Source: a virus
Lineage: Duplodnaviria; Heunggongvirae; Uroviricota; Caudoviricetes
Virus record (IMG/VR): IMGVR_UViG_3300017605_000626
Location: 1 to 64,000 of that record
Length of the DNA stretch: 64,000 bases
Direction: 5' to 3' (one strand)
The position numbers and the translations under genes are program-made. Below, piece by piece: positions 1 to 9,410 of the stretch (position 1 is its first letter; the number at the start of each line of letters is the position of its first letter). Under the pieces are notes generated by a model. The model was given only the letters and a program-made list of their open reading frames with translations. It was not told the origin of the DNA and did no database searches.

Positions 1-402
1 AGTCTTGATTAATTCGCTTAACAGACCAAGCGATTTTTGGCGAGTGTCAACCTTTTCGTTAGCCGCACAAACAGCTAAAGCAAAAATCCAAGGATCTTGC
101 TTAAATGCTCTATCCTTTCTACGAACATCAGCAATTAATTCCAAAACTTTATCAGGATTTTCCTTTAAACATGCTTCAATATTTTGTGCATTTTCTTTGG
201 TTAATTTTGCTTCTGTAGTATAGTAAGATCCGCCTTCAGTGCCAAGGATTAGAAATCTTTCTAACCGCTTAAAATTATCTAATGCAAAAACAAAACAACC
301 TTCATTATTCTGCACTTGTGGCGCTGTAGACACTACAGCAGGAACAGGTTCTCTGACTGAAGTATTTTTGTAGTTGAATGACGTATATGCTTTGTGACTC
401 AT
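1..402 (-). CDS. Ro60/TROVE-domain protein (Rsr-like), N-terminal ~134 aa; the C-terminus runs off the window start
   Basis: Not in the ORF track because it has no stop inside the window. The minus frame from ATG (402..400, SD GGAGG 9 nt upstream) is open to position 1. Translation is MSHKAYTSFNYKNTSV..FKRLERFLILGTEGGSYYTTEAKLTKENAQNIEACL..DPWIFALAVCAANEK. This matches the Ro60 TROVE N-terminal signature (human Ro60 RLHRFLCFGSEGGTYY...LFALAIC). Confidence 0.6.
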   Translation of the reverse strand, partial: MSHKAYTSFNYKNTSVREPVPAVVSTAPQVQNNEGCFVFALDNFKRLERFLILGTEGGSYYTTEAKLTKENAQNIEACLKENPDKVLELIADVRRKDRAFKQDPWIFALAVCAANEKVDTRQKSLGLLSELIKT

Positions 403-511
403 TGAGGAAATGCCTCCATTTTATTTATTTTATTTTTTACTAACAACACCATAACTCTTTGACACTATAAGTCTTTGTTTAACAATGCTTTACACAAGGC
501 ATTTGCCTAGT

Positions 512-736
512 TTACCTATTTAAATTTCTTAGAGTTTTCTCCGTTTCGGGATGCATTATGCCAGCAGCTAATTCTCTTTCAGCATAATGCACCTCATTCT
601 CTTCTGCTTTAATCCACCAACCGTCGTTACCTATAGTGCAAGCAGAATTAGGTGGATGACCGTCTAACTTAGCTAACAATGATTCTAAATTTCTACGAGA
701 TAATATAATTGTATGTTGTTCACTTAATACTTTCAT
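512..736 (-). CDS. hypothetical protein (74 aa)
   Basis: Track ORF, co-directional with its neighbours. Confidence 0.35.
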   Translation of the reverse strand: MKVLSEQHTIILSRRNLESLLAKLDGHPPNSACTIGNDGWWIKAEENEVHYAERELAAGIMHPETEKTLRNLNR

Positions 737-831
737 TTATTTTTCCTTTTAATTATCACTGAACAAGTGAGTATGCAGGAGTTTTATCTTTTATGGTTGA
801 TAATCCTACAAGTTCGGCTCAGTAATTCCTT

Positions 832-1593
832 TTAGTTTTTTACATACTGACTGAAATCAAGCACATCATTAAAGATTACCTGTGCTTCAGTCTTTGCGTT
901 ACTATTGATCACGTTCTGAATATTGTCTGGTCCACCGAACATACTAGTCATTCTCTCTACTTGTGGAGTTAGATTTTCCGCAAGCCTAGCCAGCTTGTAC
1001 ACTTGGCGAAGCAGCTTATCAGAGTCACACCAGAAGTTGGATAATACTCGGTATTCTACACCATAAGGCTTTGTACGAAAGCATCCAGCCTTACCATACA
1101 TCTTCTTTCTTTCAGTATCATGATCATTAAGCACAGACCACATACCAAGAGTTAAATCACAAGCTCTGATTGTTTCTGGTGTACCGCCTTCAATGTGCAA
1201 ATGACCTCCAAAGGTTCTTAGTGTAGTCCTTGCATCAGGCGGCTCATTCATATCCAACGTCCAAGCATTAAAGTCCGGCATACAGCCCATTTCCATAGCG
1301 CCTTTTACACTCTTTAAATCTTCTTTAATATAATGAGCACTAGGAACAGCCAGCAATCGACCTCTCCAATACTTCTTTCTTACTTCCTTAATCAATTGTA
1401 GAACATTGTCTACAAACTGATCTTCAGTTTCGGCAGGTGGAGGGGTAATTTCAATAGCCACACCATCCAATTCAACTCCGCCATGAGTCAATTGTTCAGC
1501 ATTTCCTTTAGTTCCAGTGATAGGTAAAATTCCAGCAGGCTTAAAAACTCCATCCATCTGCAACGCATATTCGATATCGTATCCGAGTTTCAC
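832..1593 (-). CDS. hypothetical protein (253 aa)
   Basis: Long ORF. Its ATGA start/stop overlaps the upstream gene at 1590-1593, typical of phage operon packing. Confidence 0.5.
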   Translation of the reverse strand: MKLGYDIEYALQMDGVFKPAGILPITGTKGNAEQLTHGGVELDGVAIEITPPPAETEDQFVDNVLQLIKEVRKKYWRGRLLAVPSAHYIKEDLKSVKGAMEMGCMPDFNAWTLDMNEPPDARTTLRTFGGHLHIEGGTPETIRACDLTLGMWSVLNDHDTERKKMYGKAGCFRTKPYGVEYRVLSNFWCDSDKLLRQVYKLARLAENLTPQVERMTSMFGGPDNIQNVINSNAKTEAQVIFNDVLDFSQYVKN

Positions 1594-2615
1594 CAGTTTC
1601 TCGCTCCTAATTGAGAATGAATATTATATAACCAATCTGTATCCATTGTGGCATAACCAGTGTATTTAGGTACATTGGCTAATTCAACTACTGTTTTTAC
1701 ATACTCATTAAATGAGCATTTATTACCATATTTAAATTGCAATAAGTATAAAACTGGAAATTCTAGTGGATGATACTTTGCTTTTTCCATCCTTTCTTTT
1801 ATTGTGTGCCCATAACTATAATAGTCACTAGGACTTAGATTTAACTGGCAATCTCCAATTAAAGATCCATAACCATAATAATATCCATGTTGTTCTTTTA
1901 GAGATTTTTGTTGTGGTTTTGGTCTCCACGTCCCTTCTTGTAATTCTCTAAAAGTCTTTATAGTTATGTTGTCATCATATATCGGGCCATGACTTATTGG
2001 GTAACGTGTTGTAGTAAGTCCAATAATATCTTTATTTCCACCTGGAGATCCTACCATTACACACGCCACAGCAGCTAAGGTTGGATGAATACCTTTAGCT
2101 GTTAATGCGTGGAATAATTCCATACAATGATTTTCTGTTCTTCCTTCTTGAATAATAGACATACATCTTAAAAATGTTAATACTACATCTGCTGGATAGA
2201 CTTCAATATCAATTTTATAGGTAAATTTCTTTCTGTTAAATAAAGGTTTAATCTGTAATAAGCTCATTAATGCATCGACAAAAGGTTTAAAAGCCTCTAC
2301 ATTTTTCTCTGCTACAGGATAATGTGCATATCCACCATAAATTTTGAGATATTTAGCTTTAGTAAATTCTTTTAAATATGATGATCTAAGCATAGCAAAA
2401 CAACCTTGATTTGGATAATTCTTTACTAATTTTTTGTCTGCGTCTAATAATTTGAATGATTCCATATAGAGAGTTGGTGGAGGCGGTGCGATTCGAACGC
2501 ACATTTCCTTTTGTATAGAAAGATAATCATTAACAAGCGGCTCATGGTATTGGGCATAGCATGAACAAAAGTAGTTAACGGATTTTTTTGTCCTACCGTT
2601 AGACGACGCCCCCAA
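1590..2615 (-). CDS. hypothetical protein (up to 341 aa; the true start may be internal)
   Basis: Long ORF in a co-directional array. No recognisable motif by eye. Confidence 0.5.
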   Translation of the reverse strand: MGASSNGRTKKSVNYFCSCYAQYHEPLVNDYLSIQKEMCVRIAPPPPTLYMESFKLLDADKKLVKNYPNQGCFAMLRSSYLKEFTKAKYLKIYGGYAHYPVAEKNVEAFKPFVDALMSLLQIKPLFNRKKFTYKIDIEVYPADVVLTFLRCMSIIQEGRTENHCMELFHALTAKGIHPTLAAVACVMVGSPGGNKDIIGLTTTRYPISHGPIYDDNITIKTFRELQEGTWRPKPQQKSLKEQHGYYYGYGSLIGDCQLNLSPSDYYSYGHTIKERMEKAKYHPLEFPVLYLLQFKYGNKCSFNEYVKTVVELANVPKYTGYATMDTDWLYNIHSQLGARNW

Positions 2616-2618
2616 AGT

Positions 2619-2981
2619 TTAAGTTACAAGTATGTGGTAAAAAGAAATCAAAAACGCCATATGAAGGAACTGATCAAAGCCTATTACTATAAAGAACTTA
2701 CGAATTTCTTTAGCTTCCCACAAATAATGAGTTACTTTACTACTGAAATAGTCCACAATGAAGTGGATACAACCATTTAAAGAACAATACAACCAAACAT
2801 TTTTAAATTGAGCAAGACTTAGAATAACAACTAATGTACTGAAATATACAAATACATGCCAGCTTAAAGCCCATAAACTTTTCCATTTGTTCATTGACAT
2901 ATATTCAGACTGCAATACAAAGTCCGCAATAAAATGCACTAATAAAACAAATGTCAAAAGAATAGAAAAATTTTCTTCCAT
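2619..2981 (-). CDS. integral membrane protein (approximately 4 TM)
   Basis: Hydrophobic segments LLTFVLLVHFIADFVL and VFVYFSTLVVILSLA. Confidence 0.45.
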   Translation of the reverse strand: MEENFSILLTFVLLVHFIADFVLQSEYMSMNKWKSLWALSWHVFVYFSTLVVILSLAQFKNVWLYCSLNGCIHFIVDYFSSKVTHYLWEAKEIRKFFIVIGFDQFLHMAFLISFYHILVT

Positions 2982-2991
2982 TTCATTATAC

Positions 2992-3231
2992 CTACCTAGA
3001 TACCCACCTAGCAGAAATTATACCTTCACCTAATCCAACCTTTTTAGCAGGAAAATAAGCCAATCTATTACCCATTGTATCTGTATCTACATAGCCTCTA
3101 ATTAGAGTGCCAGCCCGACAATCTTCACTTCTACAGCGAAGTATCAAAGCTTCATGCCCGCCTTTTTCTTCTGTATTATAAATATCAAATGATTCATTTC
3201 CACAATTACTACACATCATTTTTATAGACAT
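2992..3231 (-). CDS. zinc-ribbon protein (79 aa)
   Basis: CSNCGN...C..EDC cysteine pairs. Confidence 0.4.
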   Translation of the reverse strand: MSIKMMCSNCGNESFDIYNTEEKGGHEALILRCRSEDCRAGTLIRGYVDTDTMGNRLAYFPAKKVGLGEGIISARWVSR

Positions 3232-3334
3232 TAAATTACCTAATTAAAGTAGATATACATATACCAATATAAACAAGCAAAGCATAAGCCAATATTATTG
3301 CGGTTTTATTTATTATTTTTTCAATCATAAAATT

Positions 3335-3413
3335 TGGTAGCCCCTATAGGATTTGAACCTATGATCTATCGCTTAAAAGGCGAGTGCATTGAACCAGACT
3401 TTGCTAAGGGGCT
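3335..3413 (-). tRNA. tRNA-Lys (anticodon TTT), CCA encoded
   Basis: Minus-strand cloverleaf: acceptor AGCCCCT/AGGGGCT, T-arm ATAGG-TTCAAAT-CCTAT, anticodon loop CTTTTAA (U33, TTT, A37), discriminator A + CCA. Confidence 0.75.
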
Positions 3414-3694
3414 ATAAATGTATATAAAACAAAGATATTTGAAATCACAGTTAAAATCATTACTGTGTTTAATCCAATTAGTGTTTTGTTATACTTAACC
3501 TGAAAAACAATTAAGCATCCAACAGCACAAAATAATTTTGCAAAAAACAGAGTCTCACCAACTCCGAAATAATTCATTGATTGACGAAGCAATGGATTAC
3601 CTTCTATGTCAATACCTACTCCACTAACTAACAAGTAGGTTAAAGCCCCATCTAGAAACTGCAATATAGCACTGAGATATGGATTTGTCAACAT
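3404..3694 (-). CDS. small membrane protein (96 aa)
   Basis: Hydrophobic ORF filling the gap between two tRNAs. Its 3' end overlaps tRNA-Lys by about 10 nt, so the real stop or start may differ. Confidence 0.35.
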   Translation of the reverse strand: MLTNPYLSAILQFLDGALTYLLVSGVGIDIEGNPLLRQSMNYFGVGETLFFAKLFCAVGCLIVFQVKYNKTLIGLNTVMILTVISNIFVLYTFIAP

Positions 3695-3708
3695 AGGTTT
3701 TAAAGAGT

Positions 3709-3785
3709 TGGAGGCCCCGGTCCGACTTGAACGGACGACCCCAAAATTAGAAGTTTTGTGCTCTATCCAACTGAGCTACGGGGCC
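3709..3785 (-). tRNA. tRNA-Arg (anticodon TCT), CCA encoded
   Basis: Acceptor GGCCCCG/CGGGGCC, D-arm GCTC..GAGC, anticodon stem CAAAA/TTTTG with loop CTTCTAA, T-arm GTCCG-TTCAAGT-CGGAC, discriminator T + CCA. Confidence 0.8.
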
Positions 3786-3790
3786 ATAAA

Positions 3791-5140
3791 TTAAGAGGAC
3801 ATTACATTAGACTGCATTTGATCTAACAACACTCTATGAAAATTTGCTTTATCTACTTTCTCCATAGTGTAAGAACTACAAAGATACCCCTCATTCCTAG
3901 TGTGTCCTATAGATTGATATCTTACTGGAATTCCTATATGCTGGCCGATCAAAGCGCATAGTTCATAACTAAATACAGTTACTATTTTACCATTAACTTT
4001 TACAGGAAAATTTCTATCACTAACCTGGTTTAAACAACTAACTGCAATATTGAATTTAAATCCTTCATCATCATTAATCGTTCTTACAAAACGTTTCACA
4101 GCATCTAAATGAATTAGGCGGCCTAAATTTAAATATTCTTTTATGTCAGTTAAGATAGCTTCTTTCATTAAATCTAAATCCAAAGCACCAAAACGTAGTG
4201 TGCCTTGAAATTCATTTGGTTGATTAGTTAAATCAAGGTAAGACATTTTAGGATCTTCAGTTGGAAATGGACCAGCACCATGACGTGTCATATAAGGTCT
4301 AGTCACATATGTGACAGTAACATTCATTTCCTTGTCTGATTTAATTCTTTGTAAATGAGCTTTCAAGTTTAAAATAGTTTCTTTTACATTGGTTAAACCA
4401 GTTTTACTGTGTGTTACATAGGGGAAAAATCTATGATCTTGGTCTAAAAGTAATCCCTGAGCACCTTCAAATACCAAGTTTTTATAGGTATTTAAATATG
4501 CTTCATCAGTTATTGTAGAACTGCTGTTCATTTGAACAGCCGTATTTACCCAGTTATACATGAGCGCCACTGATTCCCATTTTTCTTTAAACCAATTAGA
4601 TGGGTAATCTACTTTCGCTTCTTGAAGCCTATGACTTACATAGAAATCACGTATATTAGCTAATTTACCTTTAACTACTTGAAAGTTGTTAAGATCACTA
4701 GCATGTATAGTAGTTCTTGGGAATTTTTTGTGCCTTTGAACAGTTTCGTTAATTCCTACACCACAAGTAGTGCCTTTTTTTGACAACTCTGCATTGAGAA
4801 GCATATCATAAGGCGTAGTTACTATCGCATCTCTATGAATCTTTAGAATTATCTTTTTATCATATTTTTTTTCTAGTTCTTTAGCTTCTTTTTTCCAAAG
4901 AAACGGATTAAGAATAAATTCTTTACCGAGAAATGTATCTGCACCACAAAATGTACCGCTGCCAAAATGGTGGAACACATGCTTATTTCCAGCAGGAGTA
5001 GTTACAGTGTGACCAGCTTGTGCCCCGCCATTAAAGCGAATAACACAGACATTGTTCCTGCATTCATTAACGAAATATTCAGTCCAATACCCTTTACCGG
5101 AATCTCCAAAATTAGCATCTATTACAACGTAAATATTCAT
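3791..5140 (-). CDS. adenylosuccinate synthetase homolog (PurA/PurZ family), 449 aa
   Basis: N-terminal P-loop GDSGKGY (PurA GDEGKGK) and GGAQAGHT (PurA GGHNAGHT). Collinear similarity to E. coli PurA through the C-terminal FGALD region. Confidence 0.8.
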   Translation of the reverse strand: MNIYVVIDANFGDSGKGYWTEYFVNECRNNVCVIRFNGGAQAGHTVTTPAGNKHVFHHFGSGTFCGADTFLGKEFILNPFLWKKEAKELEKKYDKKIILKIHRDAIVTTPYDMLLNAELSKKGTTCGVGINETVQRHKKFPRTTIHASDLNNFQVVKGKLANIRDFYVSHRLQEAKVDYPSNWFKEKWESVALMYNWVNTAVQMNSSSTITDEAYLNTYKNLVFEGAQGLLLDQDHRFFPYVTHSKTGLTNVKETILNLKAHLQRIKSDKEMNVTVTYVTRPYMTRHGAGPFPTEDPKMSYLDLTNQPNEFQGTLRFGALDLDLMKEAILTDIKEYLNLGRLIHLDAVKRFVRTINDDEGFKFNIAVSCLNQVSDRNFPVKVNGKIVTVFSYELCALIGQHIGIPVRYQSIGHTRNEGYLCSSYTMEKVDKANFHRVLLDQMQSNVMSS

Positions 5141-5367
5141 TTGCGTCTCAATGTAATTAAAGGAAAATGAAACAGTTCAATTCCTTTTTTAGTAATCATA
5201 GAACAGGCTTTAATAATCAAAATATCTTTCAATGTATCAGGACGTGATAACCAATAAGACTGTATATTCAATTCAATACAAAGATTTTCTACATCTGCCT
5301 GTAAATCAGTAGCTACTACGAATTTATGTAAATCTTCGCCTTTAGGTTGCCAATTAACTTGTATCAT
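5137..5367 (-). CDS. hypothetical protein (76 aa)
   Basis: Track ORF with 4-nt overlaps to both neighbours. Confidence 0.4.
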   Translation of the reverse strand: MIQVNWQPKGEDLHKFVVATDLQADVENLCIELNIQSYWLSRPDTLKDILIIKACSMITKKGIELFHFPLITLRRK

Positions 5368-6140
5368 AGTTTTGTATAGCTAGATATCGCTTTTACCAAT
5401 TTAACAATGTCATGAGCATAGAAACCAGCAGAATTTAGTCCATTAAATTCTACTACATATGATTCACCATTATATAATGCAACGTCCATAACACAGCATT
5501 CATGAGGCAACCACATATCTGCTAAGGCTTGAGCCTCTTTTAACACAGCTTCATCAGTCTCTTCATATTGATATGGTTGATCGGATAGTCTGTAAGAACT
5601 GCCAGTTATAATTTTACCACCAACAATGAAATATCTCCATTCCATATCAATCTTTTTTGGAATAGATAAAGATATTTTAGTATCGCTGTTCATTTCACAT
5701 TCTACTGATTCAAGCCGCTCAACCCAAGAAATAAGATCTTTTCCAGTAATAACGTGTCCTGCAAAACTCTTTGTGTCGTCTAAAGGGCGAATAAACCAAT
5801 TAAATCTCAATCCTGCAAAATGCAAAGCATCATGTAAGGACACTATTAAAGCATCTTTGTTAAGCATAGCAGGATGCTTATAATTATACATATTTACAAA
5901 AAAATTGTCATTATGAAAGACGTATTTCCAATTAAGAGACTTTGCTAACTTGACTAAAGAAGTGGAGCCATGAGGAATAAAATCAGTGCCTTCAAGGTTA
6001 AGAGAAAGTTCATTCTCTTTAATCCAATTAAGAACACGATGCTGTTCTATCATAATAAAGAATTCTTCAGCTTCTTTTAAAGCAGCAAGCATTCTACCTG
6101 TTGTTCTATCTTTGCAGTTTTGAATTACCCATGTAGACAT
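5364..6140 (-). CDS. ATP-grasp-like domain protein (258 aa)
   Basis: C-terminal VALYNGESYVVEFNGLNSAGFY resembles the ATP-grasp (E-x-N) nucleotide-binding segment. Weak call. Confidence 0.4.
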   Translation of the reverse strand: MSTWVIQNCKDRTTGRMLAALKEAEEFFIMIEQHRVLNWIKENELSLNLEGTDFIPHGSTSLVKLAKSLNWKYVFHNDNFFVNMYNYKHPAMLNKDALIVSLHDALHFAGLRFNWFIRPLDDTKSFAGHVITGKDLISWVERLESVECEMNSDTKISLSIPKKIDMEWRYFIVGGKIITGSSYRLSDQPYQYEETDEAVLKEAQALADMWLPHECCVMDVALYNGESYVVEFNGLNSAGFYAHDIVKLVKAISSYTKL

Positions 6141-6222
6141 TGTTATACCTTAATTATTGAGCAAGTTTATGTTAATAGGGTTAATTTTCAATGTTAACCT
6201 ATTAACGTCGGCTCAATTCCCT

Positions 6223-6414
6223 TTACCAACTATGCCAAGAACAATAAACAATTTCCTTATGACAATTAGGGCAGTGATCAAAAGAAGTGTTAGTTAAAAT
6301 ATTACAATTATCACAAGTAATATAACATGTTCCATCCAAAGAATCACTGTCATAAGTTACTGTAGTTTGGTCTGGTTTTAAATCCTCTAATTTGTTTATA
6401 ATTTTTATTGTCAT
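6223..6414 (-). CDS. zinc-ribbon protein (63 aa)
   Basis: CDNCN...CPNCH. Confidence 0.4.
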   Translation of the reverse strand: MTIKIINKLEDLKPDQTTVTYDSDSLDGTCYITCDNCNILTNTSFDHCPNCHKEIVYCSWHSW

Positions 6415-7298
6415 CTGTCTAGGTAAACTCTTACAAAGTTTTTGCTGTTATCAATGACTAAAGAGCTTTTATCCTCATGAACAACCAGCCCCACTTCTTT
6501 ATAGCCAGCACTTCTTTCACAAGCAGCAATAGTATTAACAATACCTTGAGCTAGATAGCTCTCATCTCTCACCGAGATGGCGGCTTCACCTAACAATCTT
6601 TTCCAAGTCTTTTCTACTGGCTGGCTATTAACAGGTTTGATAATCAAATGAAAAACATTCCAATATTCTTGAGTAACAGCTAGAAGTTTTTCAGTATCAA
6701 TATCTTCTTGACATCCCACGCCCATAAAGCTTCTAATATGTTCGGCTTCAATGATAGGCAGAACACACTCATCACCAATGGTAAATAGATAACCTTTCTT
6801 GTTTCTCTTTCTCCAGGCGTCAGTCTTAACCTTGAAAGTAGCAAACCACCAAGGTAAAGAATAAGATTCTCCTCCATTACTACCACCATTTGCTTCCAAA
6901 TAAATAGAAGCAACCTGCTGCGTTATAGCGTCAACAGAAGCCTCAAACTGAGTTACCTGCAACGGCGCTCTATCAGAAAAAGCATCCCCAACTCCCATAC
7001 ACATAATGTGGGGATCTCTTACAGGCTTGGTATCATAAATTTCTTTCATGATAACGCCAAGATCATGCTTGATAATCTGCTCAGCAAGCCGACCCATAGA
7101 ACCTGTTTCATCTACAGCTAAGATAATAGGTGTAGATTCTGGATTAGCGTCTGAGTCTACTGATTCACGAAAATCAATCTTACTAGGATCTAAGGCAGGA
7201 TCAATTTCCCTTTTAGTAAAAATCTCTTTTCTAGATTTATTGCTAACTGTTTTAGTATAGCTTGTCCAATCATTTGCATCCCAACGTGCATTTCCCAT
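6411..7298 (-). CDS. von Willebrand factor A (vWA)-like domain protein
   Basis: ILAVDETGSMG, a MIDAS-like DxTGS motif. Confidence 0.5.
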   Translation of the reverse strand: MGNARWDANDWTSYTKTVSNKSRKEIFTKREIDPALDPSKIDFRESVDSDANPESTPIILAVDETGSMGRLAEQIIKHDLGVIMKEIYDTKPVRDPHIMCMGVGDAFSDRAPLQVTQFEASVDAITQQVASIYLEANGGSNGGESYSLPWWFATFKVKTDAWRKRNKKGYLFTIGDECVLPIIEAEHIRSFMGVGCQEDIDTEKLLAVTQEYWNVFHLIIKPVNSQPVEKTWKRLLGEAAISVRDESYLAQGIVNTIAACERSAGYKEVGLVVHEDKSSLVIDNSKNFVRVYLDR

Positions 7299-7341
7299 TT
7301 TATTTATTCCTTTATTATTTAATTTTTAATTAAAAAAAAGT

Positions 7342-7470
7342 GCCATTCTATTGGATTCGAACCAATGACCCACAGTTCCTGAGTTAACCTTTCTTCTTCG
7401 GCTACGACTACATAGCAAGTAGTTGAAAAAAGATATTTTGACTGTTGCTCTGCCTCTGAGCTAAGAACGG
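7342..7470 (-). ncRNA. tRNA-like gene with all canonical arms but an approximately 65-nt anticodon loop (approximately 58-nt insertion)
   Basis: Minus-strand acceptor CCGTTCT/AGAATGG (7 bp, 1 GU), D-arm GCTC-AGAGGCA-GAGC, perfect 5-bp anticodon stem ACAGT/ACTGT separated by 65 nt. The T-arm ATTGG-TTCGAAT-CCAAT is perfect. Discriminator C, followed by an 8-nt U-tract. Confidence 0.45.
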
Positions 7471-7915
7471 CATAAAATTGTTAGGCTAATGCTGGTGTTC
7501 CTTCATCAATACCATTTTGCAATACTTCTGTTGCTTTGTCAAGATCTTCTTGGGTTAACGGAGCTTCCTCTTCTTTCTTTTCAGGAACTTTTCCACCGTT
7601 ATCTTCCCAAATGTCTGTTGCTGGTCCGCCCATTTTAGTCCTTTATTGTAATCATGAAACTGCAATTAAAAACACTCCGACTGCAATAGTAGTCGATATT
7701 ACCCAAATAAATTTGTTTGATATTCCTGCTCCATAAAAATCTTTGTCTAAATGATTAATAAGGTTAAAACTAACCACACAAAATACAAAAGATAGCACTG
7801 AAACACCAAGAGCGAATGCCATTTTATCTCCAAAAAAAACCACTGAGCAAAGAAAGATTTAGCAGTTTTTATCTTAAAAGGATAATGCTTAATCAACGGC
7901 TCAGTGGTTTATAGG

Positions 7916-9151
7916 TTATTTTTTAGGTACAGATAAATCCAAGGCTAAATCCTTGGCGGTCTTAGCTTGCAAAAGATCAATTAAAGCTTGGGCACCATTA
8001 GCACTTCCACTTTGCCCGCCACCCATAACTACGCTAGGAACCCAAGCACCTTGATACTTAGAAATTGCATCAGCATACTTTTCGTTAACGGCCAAATATG
8101 CTTGTAGCTTTTGAGTTAAAGCACCATCAGCAAACATAACCAGCTTTTTCTTCTCTGACTCACCTTGACCTTCAAGGATTAATTTCTGCTTAGTAAATTC
8201 AGCGGCATCACGCTCTAACTTTGCAACTTCTCTCTGTTGCTCGGCTTGTGTAACTGCTTGAGCCTTAACAACTTCTTGATCCCATTTAGCTTTAGCAGCA
8301 TTGGCTTGGCCTTCCATTTCCACAGTCTGCTTTCTCTGTTCAGCTTGCTTTGCCTGTGCAATAGAAGTTTGAACTTGCATTGCTAGGTCTTGCTGCTTCT
8401 TGATTTGACCTTCAACTGTTTCATCGTAATTAAGCTGTTTAATTGAAAAGTTAAACGGCTTAAGACCAAACTGACTGAGTACACCTTTCTCTTGCCGAGA
8501 AATCTGGCCATTCTTATCTCTAGTAATTTCTACAATCGTAACAGTTTTCTCAATCTGCTCATTAAGAGGGTCTTTTACACGAATATCTTTTTGTGTGGTT
8601 TGATACACACCATTTTCAATCTGATCTTCAATATACTTGATCAAATCGTTACGCATTTCTGCTGATGACTGCTTAGACGACATTAAAGAACCAGTTAAGT
8701 ATGTGGCTTTGTTTACTACAGTTTCAATAAGTTGTTTTTGAATAGCCTCTTGACTACCAAACTTTGTATACAGATTATACAAATTCAGCTTGTCTAGCGG
8801 AACTTCATACTGAATTGAGCCGACTAAAGTGCCATGTCCATTATCATTGAATCTAATGGGAATTTGAAAATCATAACTATCTCTCTTCTTAAAATAAGTG
8901 GCTCTACCACCACCTTGCCACTTAATTCCAGGATTGATATTGTAAGAGATTCCACCCATTGGATATTGAACAATCAGAATATCCTCTGCATTTGTCTTTT
9001 CAAACAAATTCATCAACACAATTGGTCCAATGAAGAACAGAATTAATCCAGCAAAAAGCAATTTACCAAACTTTTTTGCTGCTCCAAAAGTATTTTCTAG
9101 ATTACTAGGTCTACTGCCAGGTCTAAAGTTCATTTTGATCTTCTTCCTCAC
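7916..9151 (-). CDS. SPFH/band-7 (stomatin/HflKC-like) membrane protein with coiled-coil tail
   Basis: N-terminal TM (LLFAGLILFFIGPIVLM), a central domain, and a long A/Q/E/K-rich coiled-coil segment typical of the SPFH family. No single diagnostic motif. Confidence 0.45.
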   Translation of the reverse strand: MRKKIKMNFRPGSRPSNLENTFGAAKKFGKLLFAGLILFFIGPIVLMNLFEKTNAEDILIVQYPMGGISYNINPGIKWQGGGRATYFKKRDSYDFQIPIRFNDNGHGTLVGSIQYEVPLDKLNLYNLYTKFGSQEAIQKQLIETVVNKATYLTGSLMSSKQSSAEMRNDLIKYIEDQIENGVYQTTQKDIRVKDPLNEQIEKTVTIVEITRDKNGQISRQEKGVLSQFGLKPFNFSIKQLNYDETVEGQIKKQQDLAMQVQTSIAQAKQAEQRKQTVEMEGQANAAKAKWDQEVVKAQAVTQAEQQREVAKLERDAAEFTKQKLILEGQGESEKKKLVMFADGALTQKLQAYLAVNEKYADAISKYQGAWVPSVVMGGGQSGSANGAQALIDLLQAKTAKDLALDLSVPKK

Positions 9152-9410
9152 TTATATTAATAGTTGTTGATGGTTTTTCAGAAGGTTTTTGGCCTTGTTC
9201 AAGCTTTTCTTTTAAATCAAGAATTTCTGCTTTTAGTTCTTGATTCTCTAATTCTTGCCTAATAATTCTTTCTAAGGAAGCCAATTCATTTCCTACTTTA
9301 TTACGAAACACTGGAAATAAAGGTGTGTTTGTATAAATAGGAATCATTATTTGAGTTACAGCAAAATAAAAAAACATTACAATTAAAAATAATTCGATTA
9401 CAAATATCAT
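9123..9410 (-). CDS. small membrane/coiled-coil protein
   Basis: TM helix then an E/K/L-rich coiled coil. Confidence 0.35.
   Translation of the reverse strand: MIFVIELFLIVMFFYFAVTQIMIPIYTNTPLFPVFRNKVGNELASLERIIRQELENQELKAEILDLKEKLEQGQKPSEKPSTTINISEEEDQNEL

Noticed and set aside
3404-3420. CDS/tRNA overlap suggesting a mis-called tRNA
   Set aside because: The tRNA-Lys cloverleaf is complete and canonical. More likely the ORF's true 3' or 5' boundary is inside the track coordinates, or the small ORF is spurious.
4967-5883. Plus-strand ORFs 4967..5170 and 5626..5883, and similar + ORFs such as 7048..7260, 8834..9046, 10947..11264, 11504..11866, 12388..12672, 13635..14017, 15432..15838, 16472..16815
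   Set aside because: They are fully embedded antisense in well-supported minus-strand genes in a uniformly leftward block, and none has an RBS.
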